From the NCBI GenBank assembly GCA_903857165.1, contig CAIODU010000219.1:5172-69171 (forward strand): DNA of 64,000 nucleotides, written 5' to 3'. The notes under the pieces were generated by a model, which was not told the DNA's origin, did not search any database, and worked only from the letters and a program-made list of their open reading frames with translations. The stretch comes from an uncultured Methylococcaceae bacterium (GTDB taxonomy: Bacteria; Pseudomonadota; Gammaproteobacteria; Methylococcales; Methylococcaceae). The translations under genes and the position numbers were made by a program. Position 1 is the stretch's first letter. Each line of letters starts with the position of its first letter. Shown here in pieces: positions 26,526 to 35,104 of the stretch.

Positions 26526-28742
26526 TCAAATTGAATTATAATTGTTTTTTGGAAGGCTAATCAATGAAAACAATCTCCTAGGAATAAAACGGCTACAGAA
26601 CCCCAGTATCAAGGCCATTTTGAACCTCCGGGTGACACGATTGAGCGATAGATAGCCATTCCATATCCTCGACCAATTTTTTTCCGCCATGGCAGTTCCG
26701 CCCAAAGACAAAACCCCGTCCATGTATAACTGGATTGCTTCGCATGCCACGGCAGCATGACCGCCGGCAAGGTTGTCAATGGAAAGGTGCAGCGTAACGA
26801 TGAGCGGGTTGATCTTCCAATAACGCAACTCCTCCGCCAAGTGCATATACCCCCCCCCAAGCCCGCTCAATTCGATAGCCAGGTTAAGGCCGAGTATTTC
26901 GGGAAGATACGTTCCCGGGAACTGGGAGATGGCAAGAAGGTAGCTGGGCAAGTCAAAGGATGCATCGAGAAAATCAGGATGACAGGCGAAATCCATGGTT
27001 TCAGTCGATGGCAGTTCAATTGCCAATTCATTGAGCAAGTCGCGATAAATTTTGGGATGGTTCCATTCGACGATTCCCTCCCCCAATTCCTCCGCATAAA
27101 TTCGGTATAGGAGACGCTGAAGGCGTTGGCCCTGATGCACCGCTTCTCCCATGTGCTGCAACCAGCAACCATCGACAAGAATGGCCGGGGCAAACTGGCG
27201 TATGCCCCAGATGAACTCTTCCCGGCGCAATGTTGGCGGTGCTTGAAGCGGTTTGTATTTGGCAATCTCCACTTCGTGAATTTGCACTATGCGCTCCGCA
27301 AAGTCAGCCGGGGAGTAATCAAACAATCGCTGATTAAGCGGGCCTATGCGATGCCTGGCGAGGAATGCGCGGGACAAGACTTGATCCACACGCCGTTGTG
27401 CCAGGGAAAGGGTCGAAGTTTGCGTGTCTTCGTTGATCAATAAATTGAACAGGCCACGGTTGTCGATACGGCCAAACACTGGAAGGGTGAGGGATCGGTT
27501 CAGGCGGAAGTTCGCCATCCCGTTGCACCCGGCATTCTCCGGTTTTTTCCGCTCCCTCGGGTGGGGAAAAGCTAGCATTCCCGCGCTCGCCGAAAAGGGA
27601 TGATGCGCAGGGTGTAGCCCATCGGTGACAGTGGCCCCCGCCACGGCTGCCTTATGCCAGTCATCCGCCTCATCCAACCAAGCGTTAATCAAATCCAACT
27701 CATCCCCATCGAATACGCCGAACATCGGTCCGCCAAAACGGGTCATTCGGTCGAACGGGCGATGGCCCTTTTCGCCTTTGACATAAATGGAAGAGGCGAA
27801 GGCATCGAGGAAGCCAGATGCGTCAAAGGGCGACTCGGCAAACCATTCTTCCAATGCCCGACCGCCCAATTCAACCCCTGCATGATAACCACGCGCGAGC
27901 CGCAGTTTGCGGCGGAAAATTAAAGCCACTCCTTCCACCGGCGATACGCTTCTATCGGCAAAGGTTTGCAAGTCGCTTAAGTAGCGGGCTTCATGATTGT
28001 TATACAAGGCGAAACCCTTACATAGCCTAGGCCATTCCTCGCTATCGACGGCAAAGGCTTGCAATGCGCCTTCGCATTGTCCGGTCATGGTTGTCAGGAT
28101 GGCATCACGCCTAGGTGTAGGCAGGGCTGGCAGTCTCCATGGCGATACGCTTTTCGCATAAGCCAAGGTGAACCCCAATGTCTCCGGGAAAAAGCTCGAC
28201 GAACGCAATCCAAGCGCCAATTGCAGACTGGCGAAATGTAGCGCCGACGCCCCAACGCGAAGGTTATGGGCAAAGCACCATGCCGATGCCTCTGGCATGC
28301 CAATTTGGCAATTGTTCAGCCAACCACGATAGGCAAAGGCAGGGGAATCCGACTCATCCTTGCCAAGCAGCGTCAGATAGCAGGCGAATAATTTATTGAC
28401 AGGTTCCCTGTGTCCGTTGGCGGCAACAGCCACTGACTGCAACCAAGCCCCTTCCAGCAGGGCCAATGGGGCATGGAAGGCAATCAAATCAGCATTGTTG
28501 CCGGGTCCGGGTTTGGGGAAATCGGTCAACCCTGGGATTTCTGCTGTCCCATCCATGGCCGTGCCGGTTTGGTCAGGGTGACAGCCCAACGCCGAACCCG
28601 CTGGAGTATCGGCTAACAGGCGCAGCAACCATTCCTTTGCGCCGGCCAAGGTTTCCGGGTTTTCCCGGGCGTTGGCCAAACGATGGAACCATTCGCGCAG
28701 TGACGCTTCTTCTCCCACGATGGGCATGAATTTTCCACTCAT
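26526..28742 (-). CDS. tandem heme-oxygenase-like (iron-containing redox enzyme, Haem_oxygenas_2-type) protein
   Basis: 738 aa. The C-terminal half carries IYAEELGEGIVEWNHPKIY (E-x6-H), LAIELSG, and HLSIDNLAGGH (H-x3-D-x5-H). The N-terminal half shows similar helical spacing but lacks the E-x6-H element. Confidence 0.6.
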   Translation of the reverse strand: MSGKFMPIVGEEASLREWFHRLANARENPETLAGAKEWLLRLLADTPAGSALGCHPDQTGTAMDGTAEIPGLTDFPKPGPGNNADLIAFHAPLALLEGAWLQSVAVAANGHREPVNKLFACYLTLLGKDESDSPAFAYRGWLNNCQIGMPEASAWCFAHNLRVGASALHFASLQLALGLRSSSFFPETLGFTLAYAKSVSPWRLPALPTPRRDAILTTMTGQCEGALQAFAVDSEEWPRLCKGFALYNNHEARYLSDLQTFADRSVSPVEGVALIFRRKLRLARGYHAGVELGGRALEEWFAESPFDASGFLDAFASSIYVKGEKGHRPFDRMTRFGGPMFGVFDGDELDLINAWLDEADDWHKAAVAGATVTDGLHPAHHPFSASAGMLAFPHPRERKKPENAGCNGMANFRLNRSLTLPVFGRIDNRGLFNLLINEDTQTSTLSLAQRRVDQVLSRAFLARHRIGPLNQRLFDYSPADFAERIVQIHEVEIAKYKPLQAPPTLRREEFIWGIRQFAPAILVDGCWLQHMGEAVHQGQRLQRLLYRIYAEELGEGIVEWNHPKIYRDLLNELAIELPSTETMDFACHPDFLDASFDLPSYLLAISQFPGTYLPEILGLNLAIELSGLGGGYMHLAEELRYWKINPLIVTLHLSIDNLAGGHAAVACEAIQLYMDGVLSLGGTAMAEKNWSRIWNGYLSLNRVTRRFKMALILGFCSRFIPRRLFSLISLPKNNYNSI

Positions 28743-30490
28743 GTTGCCTCCGGTTTGGCGAACAGCCAGTCGCCGATGATTAATAGGTCAAGCCCGCTGG
28801 TCATGAAAACGGCCACTGCATCCTCCACCGAATGGACTATGGGTTTGCCCATGACGTTGAAGCTGGTGTTCAGCAAGAGGGGTATCCCCGTTTCTTGGTG
28901 GAAGGCCGTGAGCAAGCGGTGAAATGCCGGGTTCCACTCCTGTTTGACGGTTTGCAAACGTCCTGTCCCATCGACATGAACCACGGCAGGGACTCGTGCC
29001 GCCGCCTCGGGGCGGAAACGCAGGGCTTGCTCCATGTAAGGGGTCTCCCGGTAATCCTCAAAATATTCATGGCCATATTCATGCAGGATGGAAGGTGCGA
29101 AGGGGCGGTAATCCTCGCGGAATTTAACGCGGTCGTTGATTCTCGACTTCATGCCAGGATCGCGGGGGTCGGCGAGGATGGAGCGATTACCCAGTGCACG
29201 GGGACCGAATTCGGCCCGTCCTTGCACCCATCCAACCAATTTGCCCTGGGCCAGCAGACGGGCGGTTTCCTCACAAATCGTTCCGGGTAAATGGCGGACA
29301 TCCATCCCTGCGGAAAATCGCACCAAGCGTGCCAGCGCCTCGTCGGAAAATTTGGAACCCAAATACGCCGACATGGGAAAAGACGAACTCGGAAAGTATT
29401 TTCGCTCGCGGGCAAAAGCCAGCCATGCCGCACCCAAGGCTGTGCCATCGTCCGCCGGGGCAGGGGGTATGTACAATTTGCTGAAACGGGTTTTGCTGGC
29501 GATTTGTCCGTTGAACGAGGAGTTAAGCGCACAACCACCCGCCAGGGCCAAATTTTCACTTGGATAATTGTCATGGAAGTTTGCCAGGATTTCAGTCATG
29601 ATTTGGGCAAAATAATATTGCCCAGTGTAAGCCAGGTCGGCCGCCCTCTCTGCGGGGTCGGATGTCGGCCTGCGTTTTTTCTCCAACCCGGCCAAGGCGG
29701 GGAACAATCGACCTTGCGGATGTTCCAAATCCAGGCCGCGTACAGACAATATGTTTTTCAGCAGCTTATAAACCTCCTCGTCGAACCGGCCATAGGGGGC
29801 CAGACCCATGACTTTCCATTCTTCACCCTGCATCCAGTCAAATCCACACAATGCGGTGATGTGCATGTAATATAGTCCCAGGCTGCCAAGGCCGCGTGAT
29901 TCGTGGAGGCGTTCGAGTTTTCCGTTGCGGAATCGGTAGAAACACATTGAACCGTTTTCGCCATAGGAATCCACCACGGCACAGGCAGTTTCGCTGAAGG
30001 GACTGGCGAAACAGGCCGAGGCCGCGTGGGTGTCATGATGGTCGAAATCGCGGAATTCAACCGGGCAAGACGAGTACTGTTCGCCGAGAAGGCGGGTCAG
30101 GTTCAAACCTCCGCGGGCAAGGCTAAGGCGATTGCATGCCATCATGTGGTGGATTTGGCGATTGTCCAAGGGTGATCCCAGTCGCTTGAATCCCTGCCGA
30201 TTGAGTCCTCCCGCACTTAGCAGACCCAGCGCTGACGCGATTCTCTCATACCATGGCCTTTTCTTGCGCCAACTGAAGGCAAGCACGAAGCGTCCGGCAT
30301 CGGGGCAGAATTCACGCAGCAGTCCAGGCAGTCTGGAGGGGATGTCCGGTTCGCAATTGATGGCCCGCTTGTATTGCAGATACCGTTCGCCCGCTTCGGC
30401 AAAGAGGGGGATGCCGTTTTCATCGACGATGGCGATTGCCGGATCGTGGTAAGTCACTCCTAAGCCGATGTAATAGGTTTTCACGGCCAT
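28739..30490 (-). CDS. carbamoyltransferase (NodU/CmcH/TobZ family)
   Basis: YIGLGVTYHDPAIAIVDENG, FDHHDTHAASA, LALAGGCALNS, RAEFGPRALGNRSILADP, LLNTSFN. ATGA overlap with the downstream gene. Confidence 0.9.
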   Translation of the reverse strand: MAVKTYYIGLGVTYHDPAIAIVDENGIPLFAEAGERYLQYKRAINCEPDIPSRLPGLLREFCPDAGRFVLAFSWRKKRPWYERIASALGLLSAGGLNRQGFKRLGSPLDNRQIHHMMACNRLSLARGGLNLTRLLGEQYSSCPVEFRDFDHHDTHAASACFASPFSETACAVVDSYGENGSMCFYRFRNGKLERLHESRGLGSLGLYYMHITALCGFDWMQGEEWKVMGLAPYGRFDEEVYKLLKNILSVRGLDLEHPQGRLFPALAGLEKKRRPTSDPAERAADLAYTGQYYFAQIMTEILANFHDNYPSENLALAGGCALNSSFNGQIASKTRFSKLYIPPAPADDGTALGAAWLAFARERKYFPSSSFPMSAYLGSKFSDEALARLVRFSAGMDVRHLPGTICEETARLLAQGKLVGWVQGRAEFGPRALGNRSILADPRDPGMKSRINDRVKFREDYRPFAPSILHEYGHEYFEDYRETPYMEQALRFRPEAAARVPAVVHVDGTGRLQTVKQEWNPAFHRLLTAFHQETGIPLLLNTSFNVMGKPIVHSVEDAVAVFMTSGLDLLIIGDWLFAKPEAT

Positions 30491-30535
30491 TGGGATATTT
30501 TGTCAACACATTGGAAGGAATAATTTGTAAGAGCC

Positions 30536-31666
30536 ATGACCAGTTCCCCGCTAAGCATCGGAAGGGTTTCCGCTTTCGTAAATCTTGGGTTGGCCCGCGT
30601 CGTGCGAATCTGGGCCGAGCGTCTATTGTGTTTCATTTTGCCACTTTCCACATTCCTTTTTTTGTCCACAGCCCCCCATGCCTGGGATGCCGCGTTATTG
30701 TGGACTTTGCCAGTCTGGCTGTGCATCGCTGCCGATTACTTCAGCCCTGCCGACCGCAGCATGCCGAAACCTTGTGTGATTGAATGGTTATTGGACGCCC
30801 GTGTTTATGTTTTGTTCGCCTTGCAAATCGCCAACATTGTTTTGTTGCTGGAAGTGTCTAGCCGACTGGCGTGGGGAACACCGTTCGATTTTGCCACGAG
30901 CGCGGCCAACATCGTTGCCCTGCGCACCCTGGTTGGGACAAGTTCCTGTTGCTCAGGGATAGCCGTCGCCCACGAATTGCTCCACCGCCAGTCGAAACAT
31001 TTGCGCTGGATGGGTAGAATACTGCTTTGGACGGTATGTTACGACCATTTTGCGTTGGAACACGCCCACGGCCATCATCGCAGGGTGGGAACTTCCGCCG
31101 ACCCCGCGACGGCCCGCCATGGCGAAAACTTCGCCAGTTTTTTCAAACGTTCGGTTACCGGCCAGTGGGCCAATGCTTGGCGGTTGGAGAGGCAAAGGCT
31201 GCAACGGCATGGAGGGCTTGGGCTGTCATTGCGCCACCGTGTGCTGCATGGGGTGGCGATAGAACTGGTTTTGCTGGTTCTGATAATGGGGCAATACGGT
31301 TTCGTCGCGCTGATTATGTTTATTTATCAGGCCGTGGTTGCCGTGCGGATGCTGGAGGCGGTCAATTATCTTCAGCATTGGGGATTGACCCGCCAGGGTT
31401 CCAGATTGGCTGGCAATTGTGCCTGGGCCACCGACTCTTGGTTCACGCTGCACACCTTCATTGGCCTGTCGCGCCATGCCGACCACCACACCCACGCCGG
31501 CAAACCCTGCTATCGCTTGCGTCATCGCAGTGAATGCCCAAAGCTCCCACACGGCTATTTTTTTATGTTCATTATGATCCGTCTGTTCAACGCCCGTTAC
31601 ATCGAGATTGCCAGCCAGCAGTTGAGCGAAAAAAAACTCGGTCGGTTCCATTGCGGCCAAGCCTGA
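30536..31666 (+). CDS. AlkB-type integral-membrane di-iron hydroxylase (fatty acid desaturase superfamily)
   Basis: His boxes HELLHR, EHAHGHH, NYLQHWGL and LSRHADHH appear in the AlkB order, with multiple TM helices. It is divergent from the carbamoyltransferase gene across a 45-bp gap. Confidence 0.8.
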   Translation: MTSSPLSIGRVSAFVNLGLARVVRIWAERLLCFILPLSTFLFLSTAPHAWDAALLWTLPVWLCIAADYFSPADRSMPKPCVIEWLLDARVYVLFALQIANIVLLLEVSSRLAWGTPFDFATSAANIVALRTLVGTSSCCSGIAVAHELLHRQSKHLRWMGRILLWTVCYDHFALEHAHGHHRRVGTSADPATARHGENFASFFKRSVTGQWANAWRLERQRLQRHGGLGLSLRHRVLHGVAIELVLLVLIMGQYGFVALIMFIYQAVVAVRMLEAVNYLQHWGLTRQGSRLAGNCAWATDSWFTLHTFIGLSRHADHHTHAGKPCYRLRHRSECPKLPHGYFFMFIMIRLFNARYIEIASQQLSEKKLGRFHCGQA

Positions 31667-31799
31667 ACTTGGATTATTTTTACATCAATGACATTCAATT
31701 TTTTCGATAGGCCGGATTGCCATTGGCAGAAATTTTTTAATTTGCCACAATAGGCGGATAAAGCATGCGAACCCAGTCACTATTGGAGAAAGAACTATA

Positions 31800-32807
31800 A
31801 TGAATCCACACCCATTCCACCACGGCAAAGTTTTTATCGCGGGTCTTTTGGCACTTGCGTTTGCCAGCCCTGCCTGGGCCGGCCTGCATAAATGTGTGGA
31901 CGAAAAAAACCGTACCTATTATCAGGATAAGCCCTGCCAAGAAATGATGGCGACGAGATTGCCAAACAGCTTGGCAACAATGGGGGCAAAAGAAGAAAAT
32001 CGGGCTTTTTTTTGGAAGGCGACGGGGGGGAAGGGAACGTTCTATTTGCTAGGTTCCTTGCATTTTGGTGCAAAATCCCCGATTAACTTGCCGCAAATGG
32101 TCACCAAAGCCTTCAACGAAGCGGATGTGTTGGTGGTGGAGGCGGATATCGAAACGGTAAGCGGCAAGGAAATGGCCCGTGTGACTCGAGGCAAAGGCCT
32201 CTATGCCGACAACGGCAAGCTCGAAGACCATATCAAGCCGGTCACTTGGAAAAAGACGGTGGAGATTGCCAACAAAGTGGGGTTCGACGAGGAAGCCTTA
32301 CATCCGCTTAAACCGTGGCTTGCCACCTTCACCCTGACTAACCAGTCGTTCAAACAGCAGGGTTACACGGCGGAATTTGGCATAGACAACCTATTGATTC
32401 AGCGAGCCCAAGGCAAAAAGCCCGTTATGGAATTGGAGAGCATAGAGGCTGAAATCGATTTGATTGACCAATTTTCAGACCAAGAACAGGAGCAAATGCT
32501 GCTTCAGACCTTGAAACGGCTATCCCAAGGGGCCGATTATCATAAGGACATTATTAATGCCTGGGAGGAGGGTGACGCGGAAGCAATGGACTTGAGCGTC
32601 CGGCAAAGCTTCGATCCTGGGCCGTTAGGTTCCAAACTGTACAAGACATTCCTGCTCGACCGCAATGAAAGGATGGCCAACAGGCTGGTGGATTTGGCGA
32701 ATGATGGCCGGACTTATTTCGTCGTGGTGGGTGCCGACCATCTGGGCGGTGAAAAAGGCATCCTGAAATTGCTTGCCCAAAAGGGCTATTCAATCACCCA
32801 GCCCTGA
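31800..32807 (+). CDS. secreted TraB/GumN family protein with an N-terminal DUF4124-like segment
   Basis: Signal peptide, then HKCVDEKNRTYYQDKPC, then FFWKATGGKGTFYLLGSLHFG...VVGADHLGGEKGIL. Confidence 0.7.
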   Translation: MNPHPFHHGKVFIAGLLALAFASPAWAGLHKCVDEKNRTYYQDKPCQEMMATRLPNSLATMGAKEENRAFFWKATGGKGTFYLLGSLHFGAKSPINLPQMVTKAFNEADVLVVEADIETVSGKEMARVTRGKGLYADNGKLEDHIKPVTWKKTVEIANKVGFDEEALHPLKPWLATFTLTNQSFKQQGYTAEFGIDNLLIQRAQGKKPVMELESIEAEIDLIDQFSDQEQEQMLLQTLKRLSQGADYHKDIINAWEEGDAEAMDLSVRQSFDPGPLGSKLYKTFLLDRNERMANRLVDLANDGRTYFVVVGADHLGGEKGILKLLAQKGYSITQP

Positions 32808-32887
32808 TTGGCGGGGGCGGTTTTTAACCACGACAGAATGAAGCCGGCAGCGCGGTTAAAAACCGCTCCCATAATAAAGCACCGGCT

Positions 32888-33892
32888 TCAACCCCCGGTC
32901 GCGCTCATATGGCGGAATATGACCGGCTTTTCCGTGAGGTCAAACTCATGCTTTTCTGGCTTGATACGCATAGCCTCGACGATGGCGGTTTTAAGCTTGC
33001 CAACATCATTGGGGTTGCCCCGCAACACCCGTTTCAAATCCACTGAATGCTCGTTGCCTAGGCATAATAGCAAACGGCCTTCCGCCGTCAGCCGGACACG
33101 GTTGCAGTCCCCGCAAAAGTTGTGGCTGTGGGGGGAGATGAAACCGACTTTTGTATCCGATCCTGCGACGCGAAAATAACGGGATGGCCCGCCCGTGTTG
33201 GCGGTGTCGGGCAACAGGGTGAAACGCCGTTCCAGATCGGCCCTGATTTGGTCGCTTGAATAATATTCCTCGGCGCGGTCATGGGAGTCAACCACGCCTA
33301 AGGGCATTTCCTCGATAAAGCTTATGTCAATCCGCTTGGCGACGGCAAACTCCACCAAGTTGCCTATCTCTTGATGATTCCGGTTTTTCAGTATCACGGC
33401 ATTGAGTTTGATGCGCTGGAAACCGGCGGCCATCGCCGCATCAATGCCCCGCAGCACGGTGTTCAAGTCGCCCACCCGCGTCATCTGCTTGAATAGCGTT
33501 GCATCCAAGGTGTCCAGGCTGATATTGATGCGTTTGATGCCACACGCTTTCATTTCCCCGGCCATGGTTTCCAATTGCGAGCCGTTGGTGGTCAGCACCA
33601 ATTCACGCAAGCCCTCCATGCGGCCAATTTTCCTCAGTAAATCCATGGCCCCCTTGCGCACCATCGGCTCGCCGCCAGTGATGCGAATCTTGTCCACGCC
33701 CAATCCCACAAACGCCCGGCAGACCGTCTCGATCTCTTCCAAGGTCAGAATTTGCCCCCTAGGCAGGAAGGTCATGTCCTCGCTCATGCAATAGATGCAA
33801 CGGAAATCGCAGCGGTCGGTGATGGAAACACGCAGATAATTGACGATCCGCCCAAAGCGGTCAATGAGCAGGGGAGGGGGGTTGGTAGTCAT
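32888..33892 (-). CDS. moaA: GTP 3',8-cyclase (molybdenum cofactor biosynthesis)
   Basis: YLRVSITDRCDFRCIYCM is the radical-SAM CxxxCxxC motif. The C-terminal motif is FCGDCNRVRLTAEGRLLLCLG. The start is taken at the ATG at 33892. Confidence 0.92.
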   Translation of the reverse strand: MTTNPPPLLIDRFGRIVNYLRVSITDRCDFRCIYCMSEDMTFLPRGQILTLEEIETVCRAFVGLGVDKIRITGGEPMVRKGAMDLLRKIGRMEGLRELVLTTNGSQLETMAGEMKACGIKRINISLDTLDATLFKQMTRVGDLNTVLRGIDAAMAAGFQRIKLNAVILKNRNHQEIGNLVEFAVAKRIDISFIEEMPLGVVDSHDRAEEYYSSDQIRADLERRFTLLPDTANTGGPSRYFRVAGSDTKVGFISPHSHNFCGDCNRVRLTAEGRLLLCLGNEHSVDLKRVLRGNPNDVGKLKTAIVEAMRIKPEKHEFDLTEKPVIFRHMSATGG

Positions 33893-33987
33893 GTTGATGC
33901 CAAGTCCAAAGGTACAAGTTGCCTTATTCTTACATGTTTGGACGATCTGTCCAAGCTGGAGTTGCAAATAGTTGGACGGTTAGGCCA

Positions 33988-35082
33988 CTATTCACCCTCC
34001 CGTTTTTTTGATGTGTTATCTTTGACACCGATGTCTCTAAGAAAATCGAGGACTGACTTTGCGGCCAGTTCGTAACCCCTGATTCCAAAGTGAGTGTCAT
34101 TCGGGAGATAAACATCCTTTTCCCCGACAGTGATCGCATTGTTCAAAAGAATATCAAGCCTTGGAATGTTAATATTTTTTTCAACCATATTTTGAACAAT
34201 ATTTTCATAATCATGACTATCAGGATTAGCTATGTATTGTCGGTAAGCACTACTTTTATCAGGGATTGACATTAACATAAAAAGAGTGTTCCCATTGGAT
34301 TGTATTGAGTTTTGCAGACTTAATGCCGAACACAAAGTTTTGTCCAAGTAACTGCTATTCCATAATTTACCATCAAACCATGTGCGTAACAAGAGAATGC
34401 GATCACTTTTTTTGTTAGAAAAAAGATCATCCCTAGTTAATAAGAAACTTTTAACTTTTGAATAGTCATCACTAAATAGATATCGCATAAAAGTATTTTT
34501 GAGATAAATAAAAGCATATTTAAAGTTTATATCTGAGAATGGTAAATCTATATTCCGAGTTTTTTCCAAAAAAGGAATGGTTTTTTCAGTATACTTAACT
34601 TTCCAATAAAGTTTAGATTTTTCAATTTCAGTTTTATTACAGACAAAATTTGTAATTAACAATCTATTTTGGAATGCACCCTCGCCAGTCTCAAAAATGA
34701 ATATTCTTGGAGGCTTACTTTTAAAAATAGGATTATTTAAAATATCTTCAAGAGGAGTTTCGTCCCAGTACAATGTGAGAAAAGTCAAGCCAGTCTTTTC
34801 AGATATGAATGATTGCCATAGTTCAGCTTTGGAGAAGGAATCGCCATAGACCACTATGTCATAATATTGATCATAACTTTTATGATTCAAGGATGGGTTA
34901 GCCAGAAACTTTTGTGGGCTTGTCCACCCGAAGTCACGTTCAGAGTACCCTCCCATCCTTGTCAAGTTGCCGTCAATCGGTTGGATATACAGTGCTGTGA
35001 ATACTAATACCGTTATCCCTGATAAAATCAGGATTATTAGTAATAGTAAATAATTCCTTGATGCAGATGTTTCAATCTTCAT
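33988..35082 (-). CDS. AlgJ/AlgX-like (SGNH-like) accessory protein of an MBOAT O-acyltransferase
   Basis: N-terminal TM anchor, VVYGDSFS and LPNDTHFGIRGY motifs, located immediately downstream of the MBOAT gene. AT-rich. Confidence 0.45.
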   Translation of the reverse strand: MKIETSASRNYLLLLIILILSGITVLVFTALYIQPIDGNLTRMGGYSERDFGWTSPQKFLANPSLNHKSYDQYYDIVVYGDSFSKAELWQSFISEKTGLTFLTLYWDETPLEDILNNPIFKSKPPRIFIFETGEGAFQNRLLITNFVCNKTEIEKSKLYWKVKYTEKTIPFLEKTRNIDLPFSDINFKYAFIYLKNTFMRYLFSDDYSKVKSFLLTRDDLFSNKKSDRILLLRTWFDGKLWNSSYLDKTLCSALSLQNSIQSNGNTLFMLMSIPDKSSAYRQYIANPDSHDYENIVQNMVEKNINIPRLDILLNNAITVGEKDVYLPNDTHFGIRGYELAAKSVLDFLRDIGVKDNTSKKREGE

Positions 35083-35104
35083 AAATTTTATGGGTTTTAC
35101 AGGT

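Noticed and set aside
33893-33987. Possible Moco riboswitch upstream of moaA.
   Set aside because: The leader is only ~95 nt, and I could not find the conserved Moco-motif elements.
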